The notes below the pieces were generated by a model. The model was not told where the DNA came from and did no database searches. It saw only the letters and a program-made list of their open reading frames with translations. A stretch of DNA of 64,000 nt from Anaerolineales bacterium (GTDB lineage Bacteria > Chloroflexota > Anaerolineae > Anaerolineales > UBA11858). Of the stretch, positions 9,346-18,693 are shown piece after piece; positions within the stretch are counted from its first letter, which is position 1; every line of letters begins with the position of its first letter. The position numbers were made by a program, and so were the translations under genes. The DNA lies in contig JANTFT010000006.1 in NCBI GenBank assembly GCA_024763275.1, forward strand, positions 1,638-65,637. The letters are read 5' to 3'.

Positions 9346-10362
9346 ATGAAAGTATCCCTGATCATCCCCTGCTATAACGAACAGGAAACCATCCAGGACC
9401 TGCTGGCTTCTATTTGCGAGCAGGATTATCCCCTGCAGGATCTGGAGGTGGTTATCTCAGACGGTATGTCCACAGACGCCACCCGGGAGAGGATCCGTGA
9501 GTTTGCTGAATCCATTCCGGAATTGAAGGTCAAGGTAATTGACAACCCGCAGCGTACCATTCCTGCCGGGCTGAACAAGGCCATTAAAGCCGCTACCGGG
9601 GAGATTCTGGTGAGAATGGATGCCCATTCCCTGCCTGATCCCGACTATATCAAGTTCAGCGTCCAGGATCTGCAGGAAGGGGTAGGTGATAACGTGGGTG
9701 GTGTGATCACTATTAAACCGGCCGATCCGGGCTGGATCGCGCGCTCGATCGCCTTAGCGGCCGGACATCCATTGGGTGTAGGAGATGCCAAGTACCGCAC
9801 CGGGGCGCAGGCAGGAGAAGTCGACACAGTGGCTTTTGGGGCTTACCACTCCTCCCTGATAGACCGGATCGGGGATTATGATGAAAGCCTGCTGACCAAC
9901 GAGGATTATGAGTTCAATGTCCGGGTCAGGAAATCAGGCGGGGTGGTCTGGCTGGATCCCAGGATCACTGCCACTTACTTTTCCCGGGCGACTCTGTGGG
10001 ATCTGGCGGCACAGTACTGGCGCTACGGTTTTTGGAAGCTGCGCATGCTGCTGCGCTATCCGGAAACCATTCGCTGGCGCCAGATATCGGGTTTTTTCGT
10101 TCTCAGCTGGATAGGTTTGGGTCTCCTCAGCATCTGGTTCCCACTGGCGCGCTGGCTGCTGCTGGCAGAAGCGCTGGTTTACGGCTCAGCCTTATTGACT
10201 GCTGGCTTCAGGGCAGCTCTGGACAGAAAATCACCCGCGTTGATCCTGGGCCTGCCTTTAGCGATTGCCACCATGCATTTCTCCTGGGGCAGCGGCTTTT
10301 TGGTGAGCCTGATTTTCCATTCATTTGATAAAATATTCAGGAAATCAGCCAGGACCCGGTAA
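9346..10362 (+). CDS. family-2 glycosyltransferase with C-terminal TM segments
   Basis: VSLIIPCYNE start, DGMSTD (DxD-like), NEDYEF motif, C-terminal hydrophobic helices. Confidence 0.85.
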   Translation: MKVSLIIPCYNEQETIQDLLASICEQDYPLQDLEVVISDGMSTDATRERIREFAESIPELKVKVIDNPQRTIPAGLNKAIKAATGEILVRMDAHSLPDPDYIKFSVQDLQEGVGDNVGGVITIKPADPGWIARSIALAAGHPLGVGDAKYRTGAQAGEVDTVAFGAYHSSLIDRIGDYDESLLTNEDYEFNVRVRKSGGVVWLDPRITATYFSRATLWDLAAQYWRYGFWKLRMLLRYPETIRWRQISGFFVLSWIGLGLLSIWFPLARWLLLAEALVYGSALLTAGFRAALDRKSPALILGLPLAIATMHFSWGSGFLVSLIFHSFDKIFRKSARTR

Positions 10363-10373
10363 AGGGATCTTTT

Positions 10374-11801
10374 ATGAGCGATTACTATGACCCCCAAAAA
10401 GAGCGCCGCTTCCGCTTCAGATTTGTAGAGCGGCAGGTGCTGTTGGTCATCGGCGATATCCTGGCTGAAGTCCTGGCTTTGGTGGCCGCCCTGGTGGTCT
10501 GGGGGAACCAGGCCCAGACCCAGGGCTTTACGTTCAAATTCATACTGGAGAGAGTCCCGGGCTGGTTCTATCTGCTGCCACTGGTGTGGTTCTTCCTGAT
10601 CATCGAGCTTTATGATGTTCGCAAGGCTTCCAGCTGGAACCGCGTCCTGCAGGGTGTGGTGACCGCGGCCCTGATCGGTTCGGTCCTCTATCTGGGCATC
10701 TATTTCACATCTCCCCCGGAATCCCTGCCCCGCACCGGCGTGGCAGCCTTCATTTTGAGTTCGGCTGCATTTACCCTGCTCTGGCGCCTTTTTTACATTC
10801 GCGTGATGACTTCCGAACTGTTCCTGCCCCGGGTGCTGCTGGTTGGCGGCGGTGTTTCCGGCCGCCTGCTGCTGCAGGCTTTCAACAGGATCGAGCCCAA
10901 ACCTTATTATGTGATCGGGATCATCGATGACGATCCTTCCAAACTGGGTCAGGAGATCGAAGGCTTCCGAGTGCTGGGCTCAGGGCCGGACCTGCTGGAT
11001 GTGATAGAAAAGGAGAAGATCTCCGATATCATTGTTGCCATCACCGGTGTGATCAAGGGCGGCACTTTCCAGGCGCTGCTGGATGCCCAGGAGCTGGGTG
11101 TGGAGATCACCCGCATGCCGGTGGCTTACGAGGATCTCACCCAGACTGTTCCCATCCGCATCCTGGAAGCGGACTGGATCCTGCGCTCCTTTGTGGATGA
11201 TACCGGGGTAAGCGGCCTGTACCACGTGGCTAAAAGGATCCTGGACCTGCTCGGGGGGCTGATAGGGGTGGCGATCTTCCTGGTTCTTTTACCACCAGTG
11301 GCACTGTTGATCTTCCTGGATGATGGCCTGCCGATCTTTTACCGCCAGGAACGCCTGGGCCAGAGCGCCCGACCCTACCGGATCATCAAGTTCCGCACCA
11401 TGGTCAAAGATGCTGAGGTTGACGGCCAACCCCAGTGGGCCAAGTCTGGCGACCAGCGGGTCACCCGGATCGGCGGTTTCCTGCGCAAAACCCATCTGGA
11501 TGAGTTTCCCCAGTTCATCAACGTTCTCAGGGGGGAAATGAGCCTGGTCGGGCCGCGCTCTGAGCGCCCCAGTCTGGTGAAAAAGCTCCAGAAAGAAGTG
11601 CCTTTTTACCGCGCCCGACTGCTGGTCAAACCTGGAGTCACCGGTTGGGCCCAGATCAACTATGGATACCCAGAAACGGTTGATGAAACCATCAATAAAC
11701 TGGAATATGATCTCTATTACATCAAGAATCGCACCATTCTGCTGGACCTGCGCATCATCCTGGGAACTCCCGCAACCATCTTTGGGTTAAAAGGAAAATA
11801 A
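10374..11801 (+). CDS. polyprenyl-phosphate glycosyl-1-phosphate transferase (WbaP/EpsL-like initiating sugar transferase)
   Basis: Four to five N-terminal TM helices, a Rossmann-like middle region, and the C-terminal bacterial sugar-transferase domain (KFRTM, DELPQ-like [29 protein letters not shown]). Confidence 0.9.
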   Translation: MSDYYDPQKERRFRFRFVERQVLLVIGDILAEVLALVAALVVWGNQAQTQGFTFKFILERVPGWFYLLPLVWFFLIIELYDVRKASSWNRVLQGVVTAALIGSVLYLGIYFTSPPESLPRTGVAAFILSSAAFTLLWRLFYIRVMTSELFLPRVLLVGGGVSGRLLLQAFNRIEPKPYYVIGIIDDDPSKLGQEIEGFRVLGSGPDLLDVIEKEKISDIIVAITGVIKGGTFQALLDAQELGVEITRMPVAYEDLTQTVPIRILEADWILRSFVDDTGVSGLYHVAKRILDLLGGLIGVAIFLVLLPPVALLIFLDDGLPIFYRQERLGQSARPYRIIKFRTMVKDAEVDGQPQWAKSGDQRVTRIGGFLRKTHLDEFPQFINVLRGEMSLVGPRSERPSLVKKLQKEVPFYRARLLVKPGVTGWAQINYGYPETVDETINKLEYDLYYIKNRTILLDLRIILGTPATIFGLKGK

Positions 11802-11808
11802 AAAACCG

Positions 11809-12747
11809 ATGACTTCACTGATCACAGGAGGCGCTGGTTTTATCGGATCGCATCTGGTGGACGCTCTGCTGGCGCGGGGCGATGCTGTCCGGGTTCTGGA
11901 TGATTTTTCTTCCGGAAAGCCGGAGAACCTGGCTTCTGTCCAGGATCGGATCCAATTATTTGAGGGAGATCTCCGCGACTCCTCCCTGCTTGAGGATGCG
12001 CTCCAGGGAGTGGAACTGGTATTCCATCAGGCAGCCTTTGTCTCTGTCCCGCAGTCTCTCCAGGACCCCGATGCCTGTCTGGATATCAACGTTGGAGGTA
12101 CTCGCCAGCTCTTGGAGGCCAGCCGCCGGGCGGGCGTTCAAAGGATAGTGCTGGCTTCCAGTGCTGCTGTCTATGGAGAGAATCGAGCTGTCCCTTTAGT
12201 TGAGGACAGCTCTCCGGATCCGCTTTCCCCCTATGCGGCATCAAAGTACATCACAGAGATATTGGCAGCGCTTTACACCCACCAGCTGGGCCTGGAGGTG
12301 ACAGCGCTGCGTTATTTTAACGTCTATGGCCCCCGCCAGAACCCCGACTCAGATTATGCGGCGGTGATTCCGATTTTTTTTCGGCGTCTGCTGGCGGATG
12401 AAAAGCCGATGATTTACGGAGACGGAGGGCAGAGCCGCGACTTTATCTATGTTTCCGATGTGGTGCGTGCCAACCTGCTGGCTGCTGAATCCAGCAGGGC
12501 AGCAGGTCGGGTGTTGAACATCTGCTCCGGCCAGGAGACCAGTTTGCTCGATCTGATCAATGTCCTCGGGTCTATCTTTGATCGGGAGATCCTGCCCGAG
12601 TTCCAGGATTCCAGGGCAGGGGACATCTACCGCTCACTGGGGGATCCTTCCCTGGCCAGGGAGCTGCTGGGATTCGAACCACAAGTCCCGCTGGCTGAAG
12701 GGCTGGAAAATACCACTGCCTGGATGAGAGGGTCTGACCATGGCTAG
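11809..12747 (+). CDS. NAD-dependent nucleotide-sugar epimerase/dehydratase (SDR extended family)
   Basis: TGGAGFIGSH Rossmann motif, catalytic YAASK, 312 aa. Confidence 0.9.
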   Translation: MTSLITGGAGFIGSHLVDALLARGDAVRVLDDFSSGKPENLASVQDRIQLFEGDLRDSSLLEDALQGVELVFHQAAFVSVPQSLQDPDACLDINVGGTRQLLEASRRAGVQRIVLASSAAVYGENRAVPLVEDSSPDPLSPYAASKYITEILAALYTHQLGLEVTALRYFNVYGPRQNPDSDYAAVIPIFFRRLLADEKPMIYGDGGQSRDFIYVSDVVRANLLAAESSRAAGRVLNICSGQETSLLDLINVLGSIFDREILPEFQDSRAGDIYRSLGDPSLARELLGFEPQVPLAEGLENTTAWMRGSDHG

Positions 12748-12786
12748 GCATCAAGGTTCCCAGACCGAACTTGAGAGGGATCTTTA

Positions 12787-13791
12787 ATGGCTGTAGTGGA
12801 CCGGTCCACCTGGCGGGAATTTCTCGCTGGATATCCCCAGGCCCATATCATGCAGACCCCTGCCTGGGGGGAACTGAAATCCAGCTTTGGCTGGAAGCCG
12901 GTCTGGATCATTCAGGGGTCCCTGGGGGTTCAGGTGCTTTTCCAGGATCTTCCCCTGAGCTACCGGGTGGCTTACATTCCCCGCGGTCCGGTGGCTCCAC
13001 CTGGCTCCCCGGTGGACCAGCCTGACTGGACGGACTTCCAGGAGGAGCTGGACTGGGTCTGTCGGGAGAGGAAGGCAGTCTTCCTGAAAGTAGAACCGGA
13101 CGGCTGGGAAGGAAACCTTCCCGTTTTTCCGGGCTATCAACCCAGCATACATAGCATTCAGCCTCCGCGGACCATCCTGGTCAGCCTGGAGGGTACCGAG
13201 GAACAGATCCTGGGGAGGATGAAATCCAAGACCCGCTATAATATCCGCCTGGCAGCTCGAAAAGGGGTTAGCGTCCGCCTCATCACTGATGTGGAGCCTT
13301 TCTACTCCCTGTTGGAGGGGACCGCTGAGCGGGCGGAGTTCGGCATCCACACCCGGGAATACTACCGGAGAGCTTATGAGCTGTTTCAGGCAGAGGGAGA
13401 ATGTGCCCTTTTCCTGGCGGAATATGAGGGAGTTGGATTGGCCAGCATCATGGTCTTCACCCGTGGGGAGCGCAGCTGGTACTTCTACGGAGCATCCTCC
13501 CGCCTGCACCACGAGCTGATGGCTCCTTACCTGGTGCAGTGGGAAGCCCTGCGCTGGGTAAAAGGGCGCGGCTGTACCAGCTATGACCTCTGGGGTGTCC
13601 CGGACGAGGATCTGGAGACCCTGGAAGCGGGCTTCTCGCGGCGGAGCGATGGATTGTGGGGAGTCTACCGATTCAAGCGGGGATTTGGCGGCAGGCTGTT
13701 ACGGAGTCCCGGTCCCTGGGATCGGGTTTACCGCCCCGGACTGTATGGACTCTATCTACTACGCAACCGCTTGGCTGGAGTGGGGGAATGA
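12787..13791 (+). CDS. FemAB-family peptidoglycan bridge-formation aminoacyltransferase, copy 1
   Basis: 334 aa. Typical FemX/FemAB strings (QTPAWGELKSSFGW, KSKTRYNIRLAARKG, WGVYRFKRGFGG). Confidence 0.8.
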   Translation: MAVVDRSTWREFLAGYPQAHIMQTPAWGELKSSFGWKPVWIIQGSLGVQVLFQDLPLSYRVAYIPRGPVAPPGSPVDQPDWTDFQEELDWVCRERKAVFLKVEPDGWEGNLPVFPGYQPSIHSIQPPRTILVSLEGTEEQILGRMKSKTRYNIRLAARKGVSVRLITDVEPFYSLLEGTAERAEFGIHTREYYRRAYELFQAEGECALFLAEYEGVGLASIMVFTRGERSWYFYGASSRLHHELMAPYLVQWEALRWVKGRGCTSYDLWGVPDEDLETLEAGFSRRSDGLWGVYRFKRGFGGRLLRSPGPWDRVYRPGLYGLYLLRNRLAGVGE

Positions 13792-14960
13792 ACTCAAATG
13801 GATCTTCCATGCCAAAGACCAGCTGGAACCAACTGATCTCCGGTCTCTCCGATCCTCATCTGCTGCAGACCTCCCAGTGGGCGACAGTTAAAAGCCGCTA
13901 TGGCTGGATCCCGCATTATCTGGTCTGGGAAGGAAGTGCCGGCGATTGGAAGATGAGCGAGTCGGTTACGGGAGATTTCAAGCAGGTTCAGCCTGCTGCG
14001 GCCGGCTTGCTGCTCGAGCGGCAGGTTTTTCCCGGGCTCTCGGTTTTGTATATGCCGAAGGGACCGCTGCTGGCGGACCCTGGCGACCTGGCAGTGTGGG
14101 AGGTGGTCCTGGCAGACTTGGAGCATTTTGCCCGCCAGCGGGGCGCGCTGCAGCTGAAGATCGATCCTGACGTGGTCATCGGTTTGGGAGTGCCAGGAGA
14201 GGATGCTGCCCGCGAACTGCCCGGGGGGCTGGCTTTCCAGGAGAGGCTTGCCGAACGGAGCTGGATCTTTTCCCGGGAGCAGATCCAGTTCCGCAATACC
14301 GTCCTGGTGGACCTGCGGGATGATGAAGATGCCCTGCTGGCCAGGATGAAATCGAAAACCCGGTACAACATTCGCCTTTCTGGCAGAAAGGGGGTCCAGG
14401 TACGGAGGGGTTCCAAGGATGACCTGGGGACCCTTTACCGCATGTATGCCGAGACTTCCCTCCGGGGCGGATTCACCATCAGGGGAGAGGATTATTACCG
14501 TACCGTCTGGATGACTTTTTTTGATTCCCCGATTGGGGTGGGGGAAGGTCCCTTCGCTCAGCCGCTGGTTGCTGAATACCAGGGCCAGCCGGTTGCCGGA
14601 GCGGTGATCTTTGCCTTCGGGAAGCGAGCCTGGTACCTGCATGGTATGTCCCTCCCGGAGCACAGCGACAAGATGGCCACCTATCTGGTGCAGTGGGAGG
14701 CTATGCGCTGGGCCAGGGAGCGAGGCTGTACCAGCTATGATATGTGGGGAGCGCCGGACCAGTTCACGGAAGATGATTCCCTCTGGGGTGTGTACCGATT
14801 CAAGAGCGGGTTCGGCGGCCAGGTTTCCAGGACGATCGGCGCCTGGGATTTTCCCGCCAGGCCGATACGCTATACTCTCTACACACACTGGCTGCCCCGG
14901 CTGCTGGCCGGTATGCGCTGGTTTGGCAATTTCCGGACCCGCCGGCTCGCAAGTCGCTAA
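13788..14960 (+). CDS. FemAB-family peptidoglycan bridge-formation aminoacyltransferase, copy 2
   Basis: Same family strings (QTSQWATVKSRYGW, KSKTRYNIRLSGRKG, WGVYRFKSGFGG). I chose ATG 13788, which overlaps the upstream stop (ATGA). The track start at 13656 would overlap copy 1 by 135 nt. Confidence 0.8.
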   Translation: MNSNGSSMPKTSWNQLISGLSDPHLLQTSQWATVKSRYGWIPHYLVWEGSAGDWKMSESVTGDFKQVQPAAAGLLLERQVFPGLSVLYMPKGPLLADPGDLAVWEVVLADLEHFARQRGALQLKIDPDVVIGLGVPGEDAARELPGGLAFQERLAERSWIFSREQIQFRNTVLVDLRDDEDALLARMKSKTRYNIRLSGRKGVQVRRGSKDDLGTLYRMYAETSLRGGFTIRGEDYYRTVWMTFFDSPIGVGEGPFAQPLVAEYQGQPVAGAVIFAFGKRAWYLHGMSLPEHSDKMATYLVQWEAMRWARERGCTSYDMWGAPDQFTEDDSLWGVYRFKSGFGGQVSRTIGAWDFPARPIRYTLYTHWLPRLLAGMRWFGNFRTRRLASR

Positions 14961-15002
14961 GCTGGCTCTGTGGCGGGCACCGATTTTATTAAAGGAGTGA
15001 TC

Positions 15003-15962
15003 ATGCTGCCCAGGGAAGAATTCGCTCATCTACCGACTCCGGTCGAAGGACTGCCCCATCTGAGCAAGCTGCTGGGAGGGCCCGAGCTGCTCATTAAGCG
15101 CGACGACCAGACCGGCCTGGCGTTTGGGGGCAACAAAACCAGGAAGCTGGAATATCTGCTGGGTGAGGCTAGAGCCAAAGGGGCTACCAGGCTGCTGACC
15201 ACAGGAGCCGCCCAGTCCAACCACTGCCGGCAGACCGCTGCCGCTGCGGCCCGCAGCGGCCTGGACTGCACCCTGGTTCTGGTCGGCCCCCAACCATCCA
15301 GGCCCTCCGCTAATTATTTTCTGGACCAGCTGCTAGGAGCGGAGATCATCTGGACCGATCGGGAAACCAGGGACCTCACCCTGGAACAGGCCTGCCGGGA
15401 AGCTGAAGAGAACGGCGCGGTTCCCTATCTGATTCCCTACGGCGGTTCCAATGCGCTCGGAGCTTATGCCTATTTTAGCGCCTACCAGGAATTGCGGGAC
15501 CAGATGGCAGGTGAGCTGCCTGACTGGATCGTGTTTGCCTCCTCTTCGGGCGGCACACAGACTGGCTTGTTTCTGGGAAGCGTCCTGCTGAGTGGCCCGC
15601 GGGTGCTGGGAATCAGCGTGGATGAGCCGGCAGCGATCCTGCAGGGGAAGATTGCCGGCATAACCAGGGATTTGAGCGCTCTTATCAAGCAGCCGGTTGA
15701 ATTTGACGTGGATGACATCCTGGTCAATGACGCCTATACTGGAGAAGGCTATGGGATTATGAACGACCGCGATCGGGAAGCCATTCATCTGTTTGCAGAA
15801 ACTGAGGGCGTTTTGCTCGACCCGGTTTATACAGGAAGAGCTGCTGGCGGGCTGCTGGATTTGATCCGCAGGGGGTTTTTCAATCGGGACCAAAGGGTGT
15901 TGTTCTGGCATACTGGAGGAACTCCCGGATTGTTTGCGGACCGCTACCTGGCGCATATTTAA
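15003..15962 (+). CDS. PLP-dependent D-cysteine desulfhydrase / ACC-deaminase family protein
   Basis: GGNKTRKLEYLL lysine motif, GGSN and SSSGGTQTG loops. ATG 15003 sits behind AAAGGAG (14991-14997). Confidence 0.85.
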   Translation: MLPREEFAHLPTPVEGLPHLSKLLGGPELLIKRDDQTGLAFGGNKTRKLEYLLGEARAKGATRLLTTGAAQSNHCRQTAAAAARSGLDCTLVLVGPQPSRPSANYFLDQLLGAEIIWTDRETRDLTLEQACREAEENGAVPYLIPYGGSNALGAYAYFSAYQELRDQMAGELPDWIVFASSSGGTQTGLFLGSVLLSGPRVLGISVDEPAAILQGKIAGITRDLSALIKQPVEFDVDDILVNDAYTGEGYGIMNDRDREAIHLFAETEGVLLDPVYTGRAAGGLLDLIRRGFFNRDQRVLFWHTGGTPGLFADRYLAHI

Positions 15963-16174
15963 CCAATCTGCTACCGGCAGATCATCAGCGGCATTGTGAA
16001 AAGCCGGTCGATCATCAGCTGAGTCTTTGAAAAAACTGTTCAGACTCCCTGAAGGAATTCGGAGAAGAGCTGATTTTTGTAATATTTCTCCTGCTGATTT
16101 GTATGGTAAAATTCACCAGTTGATGCGAAAATTCACAACCATCTGCGAAGTAAGTTCTTGGACAAGGAGAACAT

Positions 16175-16531
16175 ATGCAAGCTTATTGGGTGTATATCGG
16201 TATTTTTCTGATTGTCGCTCTGGGATTCCCTACGATCGCCGTCACTCTCCCGGCCCTGATCTCCCCCCGGAAACCAAATCGGCGTAAACAAGAAGTTTAT
16301 GAATGCGGCATAGAAACGAAAGGCAATGTCCGGGTTCAATTCAAGACTCAATATTATATCTACGCTCTGCTGTTCCTTGTGTTCGATATTGAAACGATCT
16401 TCCTTTTTCCCTGGGCGGTCTCCCTGGGAAAACTCCCTTTATTTGCGGTCATTGAAGGTGTGATCTTTATCGTTATATTGTTGGCGGGTCTGGTCTATGC
16501 CCTGCGCGAAGGCGCATTGGCCTGGTCGTAG
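16175..16531 (+). CDS. nuoA: NADH-quinone oxidoreductase subunit A
   Basis: 118 aa, three TM segments, YECG motif, FDIETIFLFPWA. Confidence 0.9.
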   Translation: MQAYWVYIGIFLIVALGFPTIAVTLPALISPRKPNRRKQEVYECGIETKGNVRVQFKTQYYIYALLFLVFDIETIFLFPWAVSLGKLPLFAVIEGVIFIVILLAGLVYALREGALAWS

Positions 16532-16560
16532 ATCCCGATTGAGGCAGGCAGGAGATATTC

Positions 16561-17769
16561 ATGGCTGATTTGATTAATGTGATTGAAAACTGGCTGAACA
16601 AATTGCTGCTGGGTTGGGGGGCATCACCAGGTCTGACGCAGTTCATACTTCAGGCTCTGGGTAGCGTACTGGTGGTCCTGATCTGTTTTATGATCGTCAT
16701 TGCCCTGATCTGGGTCGAGCGTAAGCTGGCAGGCAGGATCCAGGACCGCTTCGGACCCAATCGGGCTGGACCTTTTGGTATCTTCCAGTCCTTTGCTGAT
16801 ATCATCAAGATTTTCACCAAGGAATATATCACCCCCCAGGGAGCGGACAAAGTTACCTTTAATATTGCTCCTGTGCTGGCCATCGCTTCAGTGCTGGCGA
16901 TCTGGGCTGTGTTCCCCTTCGCGAGCAATGTCATCGGCGCGGACGTCAACGTTGGCGTGCTGTATATTGTGGCGATTGGCTCTTTCGGCATCCTGGCCAT
17001 CCTGATGGCCGGCTGGTCTTCCAACAACCGCTATGCCCTGCTTGGTGCTTCCCGGTCTGTCGCCATGCTGATTTCCTATGAGATCCCCATGGTGGTCTCA
17101 CTGCTGATACCAGTGCTTTTAGCCCATTCCATGAAGCTTTCAGCCATCATCGACACCCAGCGTCCCTGGTGGTTCATCCTGGTCGTACCGACCGCGGCCC
17201 TGATCTTCCTGATCTCGTCCATGGCGGAAATTGGCAAAGCGCCCTTCGACCTGCTGGAAGCGGAATCAGAGCTGGTCGCTGGCTACCACACTGAGTACTC
17301 CGGGATGAAATTCGGCATGTTCTATGTGGCAGAATTCCTCCATCAGTTCACTGTGGGAGCGCTGATCACGATCTTCTTTCTGGGAGGCTGGACAGGCCCG
17401 ATGGCTGCTCACTGGCCGATCCTGGGCGTGATCTATTTCTTCGGGAAAGCATTCCTGGTATACCTGGTGATTTCCTGGATCCGCCTTTCGCTGCCCCGGA
17501 TCCGGATTGATGAGATGCTGAATTTGAACTGGAAGTTCCTCATTCCAGTTTCTTTTATTAACCTGATCGGGGTCGCAGTCGCAGACCGGATTTTGCTGGA
17601 CCTGGAACCCCCCCGCTGGCTTTATGTAGCGGTCATGTTCGTCCTGAATATGCTGATTTTGCTGGTTGCTCTTTACCTTTCCGGGAAGAGCCAGCCCGCC
17701 CTTGAGGTGGAGGAGTTTCCCCACCGTCCGGTGGCGGTCAGTCCCCGGACGGAAAAGTCCAGTTCCTGA
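16561..17769 (+). CDS. nuoH: NADH-quinone oxidoreductase subunit H
   Basis: ERKLAGRIQDRFGPNR, NRAPFDL-like GKAPFDLLEAESELVAGYHTEYSGMKF. Confidence 0.95.
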   Translation: MADLINVIENWLNKLLLGWGASPGLTQFILQALGSVLVVLICFMIVIALIWVERKLAGRIQDRFGPNRAGPFGIFQSFADIIKIFTKEYITPQGADKVTFNIAPVLAIASVLAIWAVFPFASNVIGADVNVGVLYIVAIGSFGILAILMAGWSSNNRYALLGASRSVAMLISYEIPMVVSLLIPVLLAHSMKLSAIIDTQRPWWFILVVPTAALIFLISSMAEIGKAPFDLLEAESELVAGYHTEYSGMKFGMFYVAEFLHQFTVGALITIFFLGGWTGPMAAHWPILGVIYFFGKAFLVYLVISWIRLSLPRIRIDEMLNLNWKFLIPVSFINLIGVAVADRILLDLEPPRWLYVAVMFVLNMLILLVALYLSGKSQPALEVEEFPHRPVAVSPRTEKSSS

Positions 17770-17802
17770 TATTGAATCCCATTGGAGTAAGGGAGTCTTT
17801 AG

Positions 17803-18309
17803 ATGAATTTTAGCATTTTGATCTTTCTTTTTGTTGCTGTGTTGACAACCTTCGCGGCTTTGGTGGTGGTGACAAACAAGAACCTGGTTAGCGCAGCTAT
17901 GTGGCTGATAGTGGCCCTGTTCGGCGCTGCATTAACCTTTGTGCTGCTTGAAGCGACCTACATTGCTGTGGTCCAGGTAGTTGTCTATATTGGTGCCATT
18001 GCGGTCCTGATCGTTTTCACGATCATGCTGACCAGGCGCAGCGCTGAAAAAGAGCCGTCCGGAGCCACCAAACAGTGGCCTATTGCGGCCGTGCTGAGCT
18101 TAGCCCTGTTCTCGGGGTTGACTTATTTCTATCTGACTGTCCCGGGAACCGATCGTCTGGCGCCTGTTCTGGACAAAGAGCTGAATATGGTCAGCGCCCT
18201 GGGGCAGCTGCTGGTCTCGCCCTCAGGTTATGTGCTGCCGTTCGAACTGGCGTCAGTCCTGCTGCTAGCCGCATTGATCGGTTCCATTGTAGTGGCATGG
18301 AGAAAATGA
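17803..18309 (+). CDS. nuoJ: NADH-quinone oxidoreductase subunit J
   Basis: 168-aa polytopic protein in the conserved nuoH-J-K order. VQVVVYIGAIAVLIVF motif. Confidence 0.88.
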   Translation: MNFSILIFLFVAVLTTFAALVVVTNKNLVSAAMWLIVALFGAALTFVLLEATYIAVVQVVVYIGAIAVLIVFTIMLTRRSAEKEPSGATKQWPIAAVLSLALFSGLTYFYLTVPGTDRLAPVLDKELNMVSALGQLLVSPSGYVLPFELASVLLLAALIGSIVVAWRK

Positions 18310-18352
18310 ATATGAAAAGGATAACTCTCCTCAGAGGTAAAGGGAGGCAGCT

Positions 18353-18661
18353 ATGATCCCGCTTGCATGGTACTTGATTTTTGCAGCCGCGGTTTTTTCT
18401 ATTGGCCTGTACGGGGTTCTGGCCAGGAAGAACATCGTTGCCATCCTGATGTCCATTGAACTGATGCTGACCGCTATCAACATCAACCTGATCGCTTTTT
18501 GGCGTTATTCACTGGACCAGGGACTGGCTGGCCAGGTATTTACGATTATTGTTTTTGCTGTTTCAGCATCCGAAGTTGCAGTGGGATTGGCATTGGTGAT
18601 CTCCATCTACCGGCGGTTTAAAGAGATTTCCGCGGAGGATATCAACCTTCTGAAATGGTAA
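18353..18661 (+). CDS. nuoK: NADH-quinone oxidoreductase subunit K
   Basis: 102 aa, three TM segments. SIELMLTAININ and SEVAVGLALV motifs. Confidence 0.9.
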   Translation: MIPLAWYLIFAAAVFSIGLYGVLARKNIVAILMSIELMLTAININLIAFWRYSLDQGLAGQVFTIIVFAVSASEVAVGLALVISIYRRFKEISAEDINLLKW

Positions 18662-18693
18662 TACCCACCGGATCTAGATAACGAGGAATTTCT

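Noticed and set aside
13656-13787. Upstream extension of FemAB copy 2 (track start 13656)
   Set aside because: It would overlap copy 1 by 135 nt in another frame. The extension has no family similarity, whereas ATG 13788 gives the ATGA stop/start coupling and the family-typical N-terminus.
13794-15029. 411-aa minus-strand ORF
   Set aside because: Antisense to the second FemAB gene and the start of the desulfhydrase gene. No recognisable motifs.
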